This document shows positions 19,454 through 28,084 of a stretch of DNA of 32,000 nt, piece after piece. The DNA lies in contig NC_004459.3 in the NCBI RefSeq assembly GCF_000039765.1, positions 2,601,127 to 2,633,126 on the forward strand, written 5' to 3'. The first letter of the stretch is position 1. Every line of letters starts with the position of its first letter. The notes below the pieces were generated by a model, which made no database searches, had not been told where the DNA came from, and saw only the letters and a list, made by a program, of their open reading frames with translations. A program made the position numbers and the translations under genes. The stretch comes from Vibrio vulnificus CMCP6. GTDB taxonomy: Bacteria > Pseudomonadota > Gammaproteobacteria > Enterobacterales > Vibrionaceae.

Positions 19454-21046
19454 TTGATTTCTACAGCGAATATCACTCAACAATTTGGCGCTAAGCCACT
19501 GTTTGAAAACATCTCAGTTAAATTTGGCGAAGGCAATCGCTATGGTCTAATTGGGGCAAATGGTTGTGGTAAATCAACCTTTATGAAAATCCTCAGTGGT
19601 GAGCTTGAACCAACGAGTGGTAACGTCAGCTATGACCCAAATGAACGTGTTGCAAAACTGAATCAGGATCAGTTTGCTTACGAAGAGTTCACGGTTATCG
19701 ACACCGTTATAATGGGTCACAAAGAACTGTGGAAAGTGAAGCAAGAGCGTGATCGTATTTACTCGCTGCCAGAAATGAGCGAAGAGGACGGCATGCGTGT
19801 TGCGGATCTTGAAGTCGAGTTCGCGGAAATGGATGGCTACATGGCAGAAGCGAAAGCGGGTGAGCTTCTTCTTGCTGTAGGTATTCCAATGGAACAGCAT
19901 TACGGCCTAATGAGCAGCGTGGCGCCAGGTTGGAAACTGCGTGTGCTTCTAGCTCAGATTCTATTCGCCGACCCAGACATCATGCTGCTTGACGAACCAA
20001 CCAACAACTTGGATATGGATACAATCCGTTGGTTGGAAGACACGCTAAACGCGCGTAACTGCACCATGATCATCATCTCGCACGACCGTCACTTCCTAAA
20101 CTCTGTGTGTACCCACATGGCGGACTTGGATTACGGTGAGCTGCGTGTTTACCCAGGTAACTACGACGAGTACATGACCGCGGCGTCACAAGCTCGTGAG
20201 CGTCTACTCAGCGATAATGCGAAGAAGAAAGCGCAGATTGCTGAGCTACAAACCTTCGTAGCGCGTTTCTCTGCCAACGCATCAAAAGCAAAACAAGCGA
20301 CCTCTCGTGCGAAGCAAATCGACAAGATCAAACTGGATGAAGTCAAAGCATCTAGCCGTCAAAACCCATTCATTCGTTTCGAACAGTCAAAAGAGCTGTT
20401 CCGTAACGCTTTGATTGTTGAAAACCTAAGCCAAGGTTTTGAAGATGACTTGTTCTCAGACTTCAACGCGATTTTTGAAGTGGGTGAGCGTGTTGCGATC
20501 ATCGGTGAGAACGGTGTGGGTAAAACAACTCTTCTAAACACGCTGGCGGGTGTACTCGAGCCACGCACTGGTGAATTCAAATGGTCTGAGAACGCCAACA
20601 TCGGCTACTACGCGCAAGACCACGCACATGAGTTTGCAGAAGACCTAAACCTAATGGAGTGGATGGGCCAATGGCGTCAAGAGGGCGACGACGAGCAAGT
20701 GGTTCGTGGTTTCCTAGGGCGTATGCTGTTTGGTCAAGACGACATCAAGAAGTCGGTAAAAGTCCTATCTGGTGGTGAGCAAGGTCGTATGCTGCTTGGT
20801 AAGCTTATGATGCACAAACCAAACATGCTGCTCATGGATGAACCAACCAACCACATGGACATGGAATCGATCGAATCGTTAAACAACGCGCTTGAGCAAT
20901 ACAAAGGCACATTGTTCTTCGTCTCGCACGATCGCGTATTCGTAGACTCACTGGCAACTCGCATCATTGAAATCCGTGATGGCAAAATCACCGACTTCAA
21001 AGGCACTTACTCTGAGTACCTAAAATCACGCGGTGTAGAAAGCTAA
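19454..21046 (+). CDS. ybiT: ABC-F family ATPase YbiT
   Basis: Two ABC cassettes ([24 protein letters not shown]; signatures [13 protein letters not shown] and [15 protein letters not shown]) in a 530 aa soluble protein; TTG start. Confidence 0.92.
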   Translation: MISTANITQQFGAKPLFENISVKFGEGNRYGLIGANGCGKSTFMKILSGELEPTSGNVSYDPNERVAKLNQDQFAYEEFTVIDTVIMGHKELWKVKQERDRIYSLPEMSEEDGMRVADLEVEFAEMDGYMAEAKAGELLLAVGIPMEQHYGLMSSVAPGWKLRVLLAQILFADPDIMLLDEPTNNLDMDTIRWLEDTLNARNCTMIIISHDRHFLNSVCTHMADLDYGELRVYPGNYDEYMTAASQARERLLSDNAKKKAQIAELQTFVARFSANASKAKQATSRAKQIDKIKLDEVKASSRQNPFIRFEQSKELFRNALIVENLSQGFEDDLFSDFNAIFEVGERVAIIGENGVGKTTLLNTLAGVLEPRTGEFKWSENANIGYYAQDHAHEFAEDLNLMEWMGQWRQEGDDEQVVRGFLGRMLFGQDDIKKSVKVLSGGEQGRMLLGKLMMHKPNMLLMDEPTNHMDMESIESLNNALEQYKGTLFFVSHDRVFVDSLATRIIEIRDGKITDFKGTYSEYLKSRGVES

Positions 21047-21076
21047 TTTCGCGTTGCGTGCTTAAAAAGATCAAAC

Positions 21077-21099
21077 AAAGAGCCTCACTGAGGCTCTTT
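21077..21099 (+). terminator. Intrinsic terminator downstream of ybiT
   Basis: AAAGAGCCTCA-C-TGAGGCTCTTT followed by TGCTTTTT. Confidence 0.82.
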
Positions 21100-21155
21100 T
21101 GCTTTTTCCACTACCTATCGTCACTCAGTCGATGACGGCAAGTAGGTTAGGGCGC

Positions 21156-23018
21156 TCAATACTTAAATTGGGCAACGATCTTTTCCAGCTTGTGGCTAAC
21201 ATCCGACACTTGTTCGCTGCATCGTACAGAGCCAGAGACGATCTCGTAGGTATCCCCCGCAAGCTGCGCAATTTGCGTAATATTGCGGTCAATTTCTGCT
21301 GATACCATTGATTGCTCTTCTGACGCGGTCGCAATCTGCGTGTTCATATCAAACATCTCGGTGATTTGAGTGCTGATGCCTTCAATCGCTTCGATCACAT
21401 GGCGCGTATCCACATTCGTCGTCCGAGCTTGATCGACACTCTCTGCCATTTTGTTGACTGTTTGAGTGATGCCTTTCGTCAGTGCTTGTACGGTGGATTC
21501 AATTTGCAAGGTGGAATCATTGGTTAGGCGAGAGAGCTGACGAACTTCATCAGCGACCACAGCAAACCCTCGGCCACTTTCTCCAGCGCGCGCCGCTTCT
21601 ATGGCGGCATTTAATGCCAACAGGTTGGTTTGCTCTGCAATGCCTTGAATGGCAGAGACAACGGCATTGATTTCGCGGCTTTGTGCTTCAAGTGCTTGGA
21701 TCTGCGCTTGCGACTCTTCAATACTGATGGCTAACGTATCAATTCGCTTACCTGTCGCGTGGGTGAGTTGCAGTGCTTTATCGGCTTCGGTATTCACTCG
21801 TTGCGCATTTTGCGCAGCCGATTCAATATTGGCGGTGATCTCATTGGTCGTCATCACCAGTTCATTCACCGCTGTTGCAACAGACTCGGACTCTAACTTC
21901 TGCTGCTGCGCGTTTTGCATACTTTTCTGCGCTGCTTGCTCTGAGCTGCATGAATTCTCGCCAAGAACGCTCATCACGGACGCCAGCTGTTTGATGTTGT
22001 CATGTAGGTGGCTTATAAAGAGGTCAAATGAACGCGATAACTGCGCAAGCTCATCACTGCCTTTTGCATTCATTCGTACCGTCAAATCTCCGCTACCATT
22101 TGCGATGTCGTCCATCAAGAGGTTAATGGCTTTGATTCTCGAAAGAATACTACGGCCAATGACGTAGAGCAGTGACGACAACAGCGCAACGATCGCCACA
22201 CCCATCCACTGTAAGTAGCTTCGAATATCCGCTGCAGTTTGCTCAACGCTTTGCTTAATGGTGGTTTGCAGATCGGTAATCGCCTGTTCGGTTTTGTGCA
22301 CATTGCTACGCAACGCGCCTCTTAGACCTTCGTTTGCAGTTAAGCCAAGCGTTTCGATCGCGCTGACGTATCGAGATAAGGTGTTGGAATAATCGGTAAA
22401 AGCGGGAGACAAATCGGTTTCAAACTTGGCAAACTGGCGAAGCCCTTCGAGCAGCGCAACCTTGTATTCTTGCGTTGGTTCGGTGACAAAAGTGAAGTCG
22501 TGGTCAAGCAACTGCAAAAACTGCGCGGTAAGCTCTCCATCATTAGCACTGAGTACATTGGTTTTGAGCACGCTGCGTGCAGCAAATAGCTCACTTTGCA
22601 ACGCGTCAATGCTTGCTAGCTGAGCGGCCAATTGATGAAACTGAGTTTGATACTGAGATAGAGTGGTTACAATTTGCTGACGTTGATCGTCAATAGCAAT
22701 CGACTCACTGGCAAGAACGTCTGATAAGTGGTCAATGCGCTGTTGCAGTTGAGAATAGGTATTATCGAAACTCGTCAGGTATTTTTCGCTGCGACGAGCC
22801 AAATAATCTTTCTCGTGTCGGCGAAGCATCAACAGATCAATGGAACTGCTTAAGTTTTCTGTTGAGGCGTGCTCCAAAGAGGACAAATGCTTTGCGCTGT
22901 TGTTCTCATAAATCGCGTAGGCGGCAACGCCTAACAGCAAAGTCACATTGATGAGCAGCAGTTTGGCTCGGATAGAGAATGAAAAGAAAAAACGTTTTTG
23001 AACAGGTGATCCGGACAT
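21156..23018 (-). CDS. Methyl-accepting chemotaxis protein
   Basis: Two TM segments, HAMP, signalling core [45 protein letters not shown]. Confidence 0.95.
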   Translation of the reverse strand: MSGSPVQKRFFFSFSIRAKLLLINVTLLLGVAAYAIYENNSAKHLSSLEHASTENLSSSIDLLMLRRHEKDYLARRSEKYLTSFDNTYSQLQQRIDHLSDVLASESIAIDDQRQQIVTTLSQYQTQFHQLAAQLASIDALQSELFAARSVLKTNVLSANDGELTAQFLQLLDHDFTFVTEPTQEYKVALLEGLRQFAKFETDLSPAFTDYSNTLSRYVSAIETLGLTANEGLRGALRSNVHKTEQAITDLQTTIKQSVEQTAADIRSYLQWMGVAIVALLSSLLYVIGRSILSRIKAINLLMDDIANGSGDLTVRMNAKGSDELAQLSRSFDLFISHLHDNIKQLASVMSVLGENSCSSEQAAQKSMQNAQQQKLESESVATAVNELVMTTNEITANIESAAQNAQRVNTEADKALQLTHATGKRIDTLAISIEESQAQIQALEAQSREINAVVSAIQGIAEQTNLLALNAAIEAARAGESGRGFAVVADEVRQLSRLTNDSTLQIESTVQALTKGITQTVNKMAESVDQARTTNVDTRHVIEAIEGISTQITEMFDMNTQIATASEEQSMVSAEIDRNITQIAQLAGDTYEIVSGSVRCSEQVSDVSHKLEKIVAQFKY

Positions 23019-23144
23019 GGATACCTCCCATTTAGCCAGTGACGTAGTTAACCCATCTCCGCTTTTGTTTCATTTATGTTTCAAATTTATTGCAGAGAAT
23101 ACTCAACTAATAGCGCATGGGAGGCGTTTTGCAAGTAAGGCGAT

Positions 23145-23972
23145 TTAACTCTCTTTACCTTTGACATCAAAAATGATGTTTTCACCACCAGTAAAGACTT
23201 GAAAGCGCAAGCCTTTTGCTCGTGCGATGGTGGTAATACCAAATTGACGTGCTAAATCTAAACCCATCTGCGTGACACCAGAGCGAGAGAGCAAAACAGG
23301 GATGCCCATTTGAGCCACTTTGATCACCATTTCTGAAGTGAGACGGCCTGTGGTATAGAAAATCTTATCCGCGCCCGATTCTTGGTTTAACCACATTTCA
23401 CCGGCAAGCGTATCCACTGCGTTGTGACGGCCAACATCTTCGACAAACGAGCGAACTTCATCGCCTTTGCACACCGCACATCCGTGTACTGCACCTGCTT
23501 TTTTGTAGGTATCGTTGTAGTGGGTGAGCGCTTCTAAGGTCTTGTAAATATCCGACTGTTTAAGTGTCACTTGGGGCACTTGATAGTGCTCTAGTTGTTT
23601 CATCACGTTGCCATACATAGTGCCTTGCCCACACCCTGAGGTAACAGTTTTCTTTTTTAAAGCCTGTTCAATGTGTTCTACATTCTCTTTTGTCACTACC
23701 GCTGCGCTGTTGGTTTCCCAATCGATGATCACCGATTCAAGAGAATCAACTTCCGACAAGAAGCTTTGGTTCTTGAGATAGCCCAAAACGAGTGCTTCAG
23801 GTCTCGAGCCCAGTGTCATTAGCGTCACCACTTCTTTCCAGTTCAGAAGAACGGTTAAAGGGCGCTCACAAGCAATTTGCTTAATTAACTTCTCTCCATA
23901 TTCATCGAATACTTCCACTTCAATGGTTTGCAAAGGGTTTTCACTGGTTTTAATAATGTTGGGTTTGACCAC
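23145..23972 (-). CDS. fdhD: Formate dehydrogenase accessory sulfurtransferase FdhD
   Basis: VTSGCGQGTMY and GAVHGCAVCKGDEVRSFVEDVGRHNAVDTLAG, diagnostic of FdhD. Confidence 0.93.
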   Translation of the reverse strand: MVKPNIIKTSENPLQTIEVEVFDEYGEKLIKQIACERPLTVLLNWKEVVTLMTLGSRPEALVLGYLKNQSFLSEVDSLESVIIDWETNSAAVVTKENVEHIEQALKKKTVTSGCGQGTMYGNVMKQLEHYQVPQVTLKQSDIYKTLEALTHYNDTYKKAGAVHGCAVCKGDEVRSFVEDVGRHNAVDTLAGEMWLNQESGADKIFYTTGRLTSEMVIKVAQMGIPVLLSRSGVTQMGLDLARQFGITTIARAKGLRFQVFTGGENIIFDVKGKES

Positions 23973-24140
23973 TTCTTTTTCCTGCTTGAATGGGTGATAT
24001 CAAGAATCACCGAAGAAACACGTTTGCCAAAGGCGGGGGAACAAAATCAATTCAATAGCAATTACCGTTCCAATGTCATCTACCGTACGGCGTCTCACAT
24101 CTAACACATGTTACATATGGAAACATTCGCTTTATAACCT

Positions 24141-24156
24141 TGGCTTAGAATTTGCT
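24141..24156 (+). promoter_or_regulatory. Candidate sigma-54 promoter upstream of the DUF3305 gene
   Basis: TGGCTTAGAATTTGCT, with GG..GC spacing of 10 nt, about 100 nt upstream of the ATG at 24256. Confidence 0.5.
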
Positions 24157-24255
24157 ATTAAACGGCACAAAGCGACGCAACAAGTATGCACCAAGGCCTC
24201 GAATAGGACTAATGTATGTTTAAAGGCAAACGCATAGCAACATGATGGGTGGACC

Positions 24256-24714
24256 ATGTCAAATTCAATAGACGCACAAAGTAATATAGAAAAAAATGAA
24301 TACCTTTGGCCTATAGGCTGCAACCTCGTTGCCCATGAAATTGCCACTGGTATTTGGGTGACCACACAGTGGCAGTTAACGGGTTTTGAGTTAAAGCCAG
24401 AAAGCCACCATAGCCATGTCGTCACGCTTCAGTTGTTCCGTGACGAGCGAACCGACTACCGTTTTAACTTGAGTTCTCAAAACCCGAAACTCTTCGTTGT
24501 GCTTGAGAACGTAGAGGAAACGCCAAAGATCACAACCATCTCGGCATCACAATCGGTGGCTGGCCAGTATATGGATGGCGACTATTTAGTGCTTTCTTGT
24601 GAGATGCCATTGCCAATTCAGGCATGGATGGAAGCGTTTATCGGCCGTCATGGCGAGTTATTAGAAGAGCGCCGCAAGAAACGCAAAGGCGCGGGGCGGG
24701 CAAGTGGCAACTGA
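24256..24714 (+). CDS. DUF3305 domain-containing protein, formate dehydrogenase cluster
   Basis: 152 aa; WPIGCNLVAHEIATGIWVTTQWQLTGF; position next to a DUF3306-type gene in FDH clusters. Confidence 0.8.
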   Translation: MSNSIDAQSNIEKNEYLWPIGCNLVAHEIATGIWVTTQWQLTGFELKPESHHSHVVTLQLFRDERTDYRFNLSSQNPKLFVVLENVEETPKITTISASQSVAGQYMDGDYLVLSCEMPLPIQAWMEAFIGRHGELLEERRKKRKGAGRASGN

Positions 24715-25291
24715 TTTTTTCTCTCGCTGGTCCTCTCGTAAGTTAGCGGGAGATAGGCAAAAGCAGCCAAAACAAAGCGATGAAGATATCGCAGCGCACT
24801 CGTCGCTCACCGATGAGCAGAAAAACGCTGTCGAAGAAGACCGCGCATTACTCTCGAACCAGACAAGTGGCAAAAAAGAGGGTGCTGATGAGCAGACGGA
24901 GCAAGAACCTACTATTTCAGCGCTGTTGGCCAGTGAAGCGACGCAAGAAGTAAAAAAAGCGGCACTGCGTAAGCTTTTCCACAGTGAAGAGTTTAACGTG
25001 GTTGATAGGCTCAATGATTACGATCACGACTATAAGTCTTCTATTGGTGCTCTCGCACCCAATGTGGCGCAGACGTTAAGAGAATGGATGAAGCCAGTAG
25101 AGAAAGCGTTGACTGAGGCCGAGCCAGAAAGTGCACCTTGCACATTGGATGGTTCAGTAGCCGTTGATAACGATGAAAGTATTGAGGCGAACAGTGACAC
25201 GCTAACGCAATCTGAGACTCAAGCCCTGACTTTATCTCAATCCGATCTTCCTGCAAATGAAACGCTAGATGAGACAAAATATCCCACATAA
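24704..25291 (+). CDS. DUF3306 domain-containing protein
   Basis: FFSRWSSRKLAG... ALRKLFHSEEFNVVDRLNDYDHDY; overlaps the preceding gene by 11 nt. Confidence 0.8.
   Translation: MATDFFSRWSSRKLAGDRQKQPKQSDEDIAAHSSLTDEQKNAVEEDRALLSNQTSGKKEGADEQTEQEPTISALLASEATQEVKKAALRKLFHSEEFNVVDRLNDYDHDYKSSIGALAPNVAQTLREWMKPVEKALTEAEPESAPCTLDGSVAVDNDESIEANSDTLTQSETQALTLSQSDLPANETLDETKYPT
25270..25286. promoter_or_regulatory. Candidate enhancer motif copy 1 (overlaps the 3' end of the DUF3306 gene)
   Basis: TGAGACAAAATATCCCA; 15/17 identical to both the 12352 and 25331 copies. Confidence 0.55.
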
Positions 25292-25321
25292 AAAATAGGT
25301 ACATTTTGACGCGGGATGGGA

Positions 25322-25356
25322 AAATTCAATTGGGACAAAATGTCCCAATTGAATTT
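25322..25356. promoter_or_regulatory. Perfect 16-bp inverted repeat containing candidate enhancer motif copy 3
   Basis: AAATTCAATTGGGACA-AAA-TGTCCCAATTGAATTT. The inner 17 bp TGGGACAAAATGTCCCA (25331-25347) is the strongest motif instance. Confidence 0.75.
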
Positions 25357-25426
25357 CTCGTCATCGATAGTGCCGTAAAACCCAACAAATCCTACGCTAA
25401 CCGACTGAATAATAAGCGTATAAAAG

Positions 25427-25444
25427 TTGGTATAGCACTTGCTA
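25427..25444 (+). promoter_or_regulatory. Candidate sigma-54 promoter upstream of the 4Fe-4S protein gene
   Basis: TTGGTATAGCACTTGCTA, with GG..GC spacing of 10 nt; centre of the inverted repeat lies about 115 nt upstream of the predicted start. Confidence 0.55.
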
Positions 25445-25520
25445 ATGCTCCACAACAATAACTGAATTATCAGTATGACCTGCCAATCCTTCGCAGTGTT
25501 GGCCAGTGTGGAACAGAGCA

Positions 25521-27179
25521 ATGATAAAACAACTATTACAGCAATCGACTTCAACCAATGGCAAAGCGCGACTCTATGCGTTTGAAAACACCGTTGAGTT
25601 GGGGAATCTGATACCGCCTACCGTGAGCTATGAAAGCGGTGGTAATACACTCATCGTCGGCCCTAGTGCCATTATTCAAAGTGCAGCCGCACAATTGAGT
25701 CAAATGACTTCGCTAACTTTGCTTTCAACCGATGGCGAGAAAGGCGATGCACAAATCTATTACGCTGATTCCGTTCAGTTGAGTGGTTTTTTGGGCACCT
25801 TTACGGTGCTGGTTGAAAACCAAGGCCAACGTTTGAATCTGGCGAAGGTGGCCATCAATCACGATGTTTTTGATGTGGTTCTGGATTTATCACTTAACGG
25901 CCTCATGTCGGAAGAGGTGCCGGTCCCTGGCTATTATCCTGTTGGGCGTGGCTATCCAAAACTAACGGATGCCCTGCAAGAAATTCCAACCCTAATGGGC
26001 ACGTTCGATAAGCCAAAATATTTCCGCTTAGATACCGATCTGTGTGCGCACAGTTCCCGTGGCGTTAAAGGTTGTGAGCGTTGTGTTGATGCTTGTCCGG
26101 CTGGTGCGTTAAGCAGCCAAGGTTCCGAAAAAACAGGGCATCGAATTGAGATCAATCCGTATCTCTGCCAAGGGGTGGGGACATGTGCCACCAGTTGTCC
26201 GACAGAAGCCATTCATTACGCATTACCTAATCCGCAAGAGACACAAAAGTTCATTGAAAGAACGCTGGCGAACTATGAAAGCGTTGGTGGTGTGAATCCC
26301 ATTATCCTGATTTGCAGCGAACGTCATGAAATGTACAACGTCATGGCACTCAAGGCGCTACCCGACAATGTGATTCCGATTGTGGTGGAAGATCTGCCCT
26401 CTGTCGGCATCGATAGTTGGTTTGCTGCGCTCGTTAATGGTGCAACGCAAGTCTTGTTTGCTGCAAGTCGCCGCATGCCCGCAACGATTCAGCGCGTATT
26501 GAATAGCGAAGTCGCGATCGCACAAGAGCTACTTGGTCAATTAGGCATTGCGAAAGAGTGTATCGATATTCTCTATCTCGAATCATTGATGGAAGGTGCA
26601 CCAGTCCTCTGTACTGAACATTTCGACCTTGCTCTTGGCGATTTGCAAGGCAACAAACGTCAACGATTATTTACTGCACTCGATGCGCTTGCAACCTCGC
26701 GTGTACCAGTAGAAAACATCGTCGCTCTTTCCAGTCATGCTCCCTATGGCGCCGTGTCTTGTGCAACAACGGGCTGTACCTTGTGCATGAGTTGTGTGGC
26801 GGTTTGTCCGACTCGCGCTTTGCACACCGATGGAGAAAGCCCTTCGCTTCAATTTGTCGAGCAAGATTGCGTGCAATGCGGTTTGTGCACCAAAGCCTGT
26901 CCTGAGCAAGTGCTGACACTAACTCCTCGTATGAATTGGGATAAAGAGAGCCGTCAAGCGGCGGTGGTGATCCATCAAGAAAAAGCCGCGGAATGCTTGC
27001 GTTGTCATAAGCCTTTCGCGCCTCAGTCCATGATCACTATGCTACAAGATAAGTTACGTGGTCACTCTCACTTTGCGAATGATGCAGCGCTTAATCGCAT
27101 TGCAATGTGTGAAGACTGCCGTGTCATCGATGTTTTTGAATCGATGGCGGTAAACCCAGAAAACCAACTGAATTACTAG
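25521..27179 (+). CDS. 4Fe-4S cluster-binding protein of the formate dehydrogenase cluster
   Basis: Multiple ferredoxin motifs (CERCVDACPAGAL, CQGVGTCATSCP, CTLCMSCVAVCP, CVQCGLCTKACP). Track start is GTG 25506; the ATG at 25521 is likely. Confidence 0.9.
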   Translation: MIKQLLQQSTSTNGKARLYAFENTVELGNLIPPTVSYESGGNTLIVGPSAIIQSAAAQLSQMTSLTLLSTDGEKGDAQIYYADSVQLSGFLGTFTVLVENQGQRLNLAKVAINHDVFDVVLDLSLNGLMSEEVPVPGYYPVGRGYPKLTDALQEIPTLMGTFDKPKYFRLDTDLCAHSSRGVKGCERCVDACPAGALSSQGSEKTGHRIEINPYLCQGVGTCATSCPTEAIHYALPNPQETQKFIERTLANYESVGGVNPIILICSERHEMYNVMALKALPDNVIPIVVEDLPSVGIDSWFAALVNGATQVLFAASRRMPATIQRVLNSEVAIAQELLGQLGIAKECIDILYLESLMEGAPVLCTEHFDLALGDLQGNKRQRLFTALDALATSRVPVENIVALSSHAPYGAVSCATTGCTLCMSCVAVCPTRALHTDGESPSLQFVEQDCVQCGLCTKACPEQVLTLTPRMNWDKESRQAAVVIHQEKAAECLRCHKPFAPQSMITMLQDKLRGHSHFANDAALNRIAMCEDCRVIDVFESMAVNPENQLNY

Positions 27180-27188
27180 GGCACACGA

Positions 27189-27809
27189 ATGGATATCCAA
27201 CCAGAATCGTCATTAAGAGCCGATATTTATTTGCTGCTATCGACGCTATTTCGCCAAGCTCCATCTCCAGCATTGCTTGAGCTATTGACGTTGTTAGACA
27301 CCGTAGCGGATGGCAGTGAAATGCAAAATGCGTGGTTGCAATTGAAAGCGGCCTCGAACCGTTATTCCGACGCAGAGCTTGAAGAAGAGTACCAACAACT
27401 TTTTATCGGAATTGGTCGTGGGGAAGTGGTGCCATTTGCCTCTTGGCACCTCACGGGTTCTTTGATGGAAAAACCACTGGCCGAGATCCGTACCGATCTT
27501 GCTCGCCTTGGCTTTGAACGCCAGGAGCATGTCAAAGAGCCGGAAGATCATATTTCAGCCTTATGTGAAGTGATGGCGGCGCTGATGGAACAGACCGATG
27601 CGCAGCAACAGGCGTTTTTCAACCGCCACCTTGCGACTTGGTATGTTTCCCTCACCAAGCAAATCGATCAAGCCGAACACGCCGGATTTTACTTAGCGGT
27701 TAGCCAATTGCTCGGCGCATTTTTCAATCTGGAAAAAGTGCGTTTAACGAAAATCACGCCGGACAACAAAACCAAATTAAAAATTGAGATTAAAAACTTG
27801 GCGGATTAG
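27189..27809 (+). CDS. TorD/DmsD family molecular chaperone
   Basis: 206 aa helical protein with YQQLFIGIGRGEVVPFASWHLTGSLMEKPLAEIRTDLARLG and EPEDHISALCEVMAAL. Confidence 0.88.
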   Translation: MDIQPESSLRADIYLLLSTLFRQAPSPALLELLTLLDTVADGSEMQNAWLQLKAASNRYSDAELEEEYQQLFIGIGRGEVVPFASWHLTGSLMEKPLAEIRTDLARLGFERQEHVKEPEDHISALCEVMAALMEQTDAQQQAFFNRHLATWYVSLTKQIDQAEHAGFYLAVSQLLGAFFNLEKVRLTKITPDNKTKLKIEIKNLAD

Positions 27810-27874
27810 CCAAGCGATCTCTTTTAGAGAGGCTTAAGCCTCCAAAAATCTACCTGACAGGTAAGGAAGCAATG

Positions 27875-28072
27875 ATGAAAGAAAAAAATGAGATTAACGA
27901 AAGCCGTCGTGACCTTTTGAAAGGTATCGCCACGGCAGCAGTAGCAGGCGCCGTCGTTGCTGGCACCACACAAGTGGCCTCAGCCTCAGAAGTTACTCCT
28001 GTAGAAAAACAGGCGAAGAAAAAGGGATATCACGAAACTCAGCATATCCGCGACTATTACGAAACTCTGTAG
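27875..28072 (+). CDS. Small Tat-signal protein of the formate dehydrogenase region
   Basis: SRRDLLKGIATAAVAGAVVAGTTQVASA signal, about 65 aa, directly upstream of the FDH alpha gene. Confidence 0.82.
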   Translation: MKEKNEINESRRDLLKGIATAAVAGAVVAGTTQVASASEVTPVEKQAKKKGYHETQHIRDYYETL

Positions 28073-28084
28073 GAGCCATCGTCA

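Noticed and set aside
19574-20601. Several minus-strand ORFs inside ybiT
   Set aside because: Shadow ORFs over a clearly coding ABC-F gene; no RBS or recognisable motifs.
25322-25356. Reading the perfect inverted repeat purely as an intrinsic terminator for the DUF3305-DUF3306 genes
   Set aside because: No trailing T-tract (stem is followed by CTCG) and the stem is A/T-rich at its base. The core recurs as a motif at other promoters, which fits an operator better; the terminator option remains testable.
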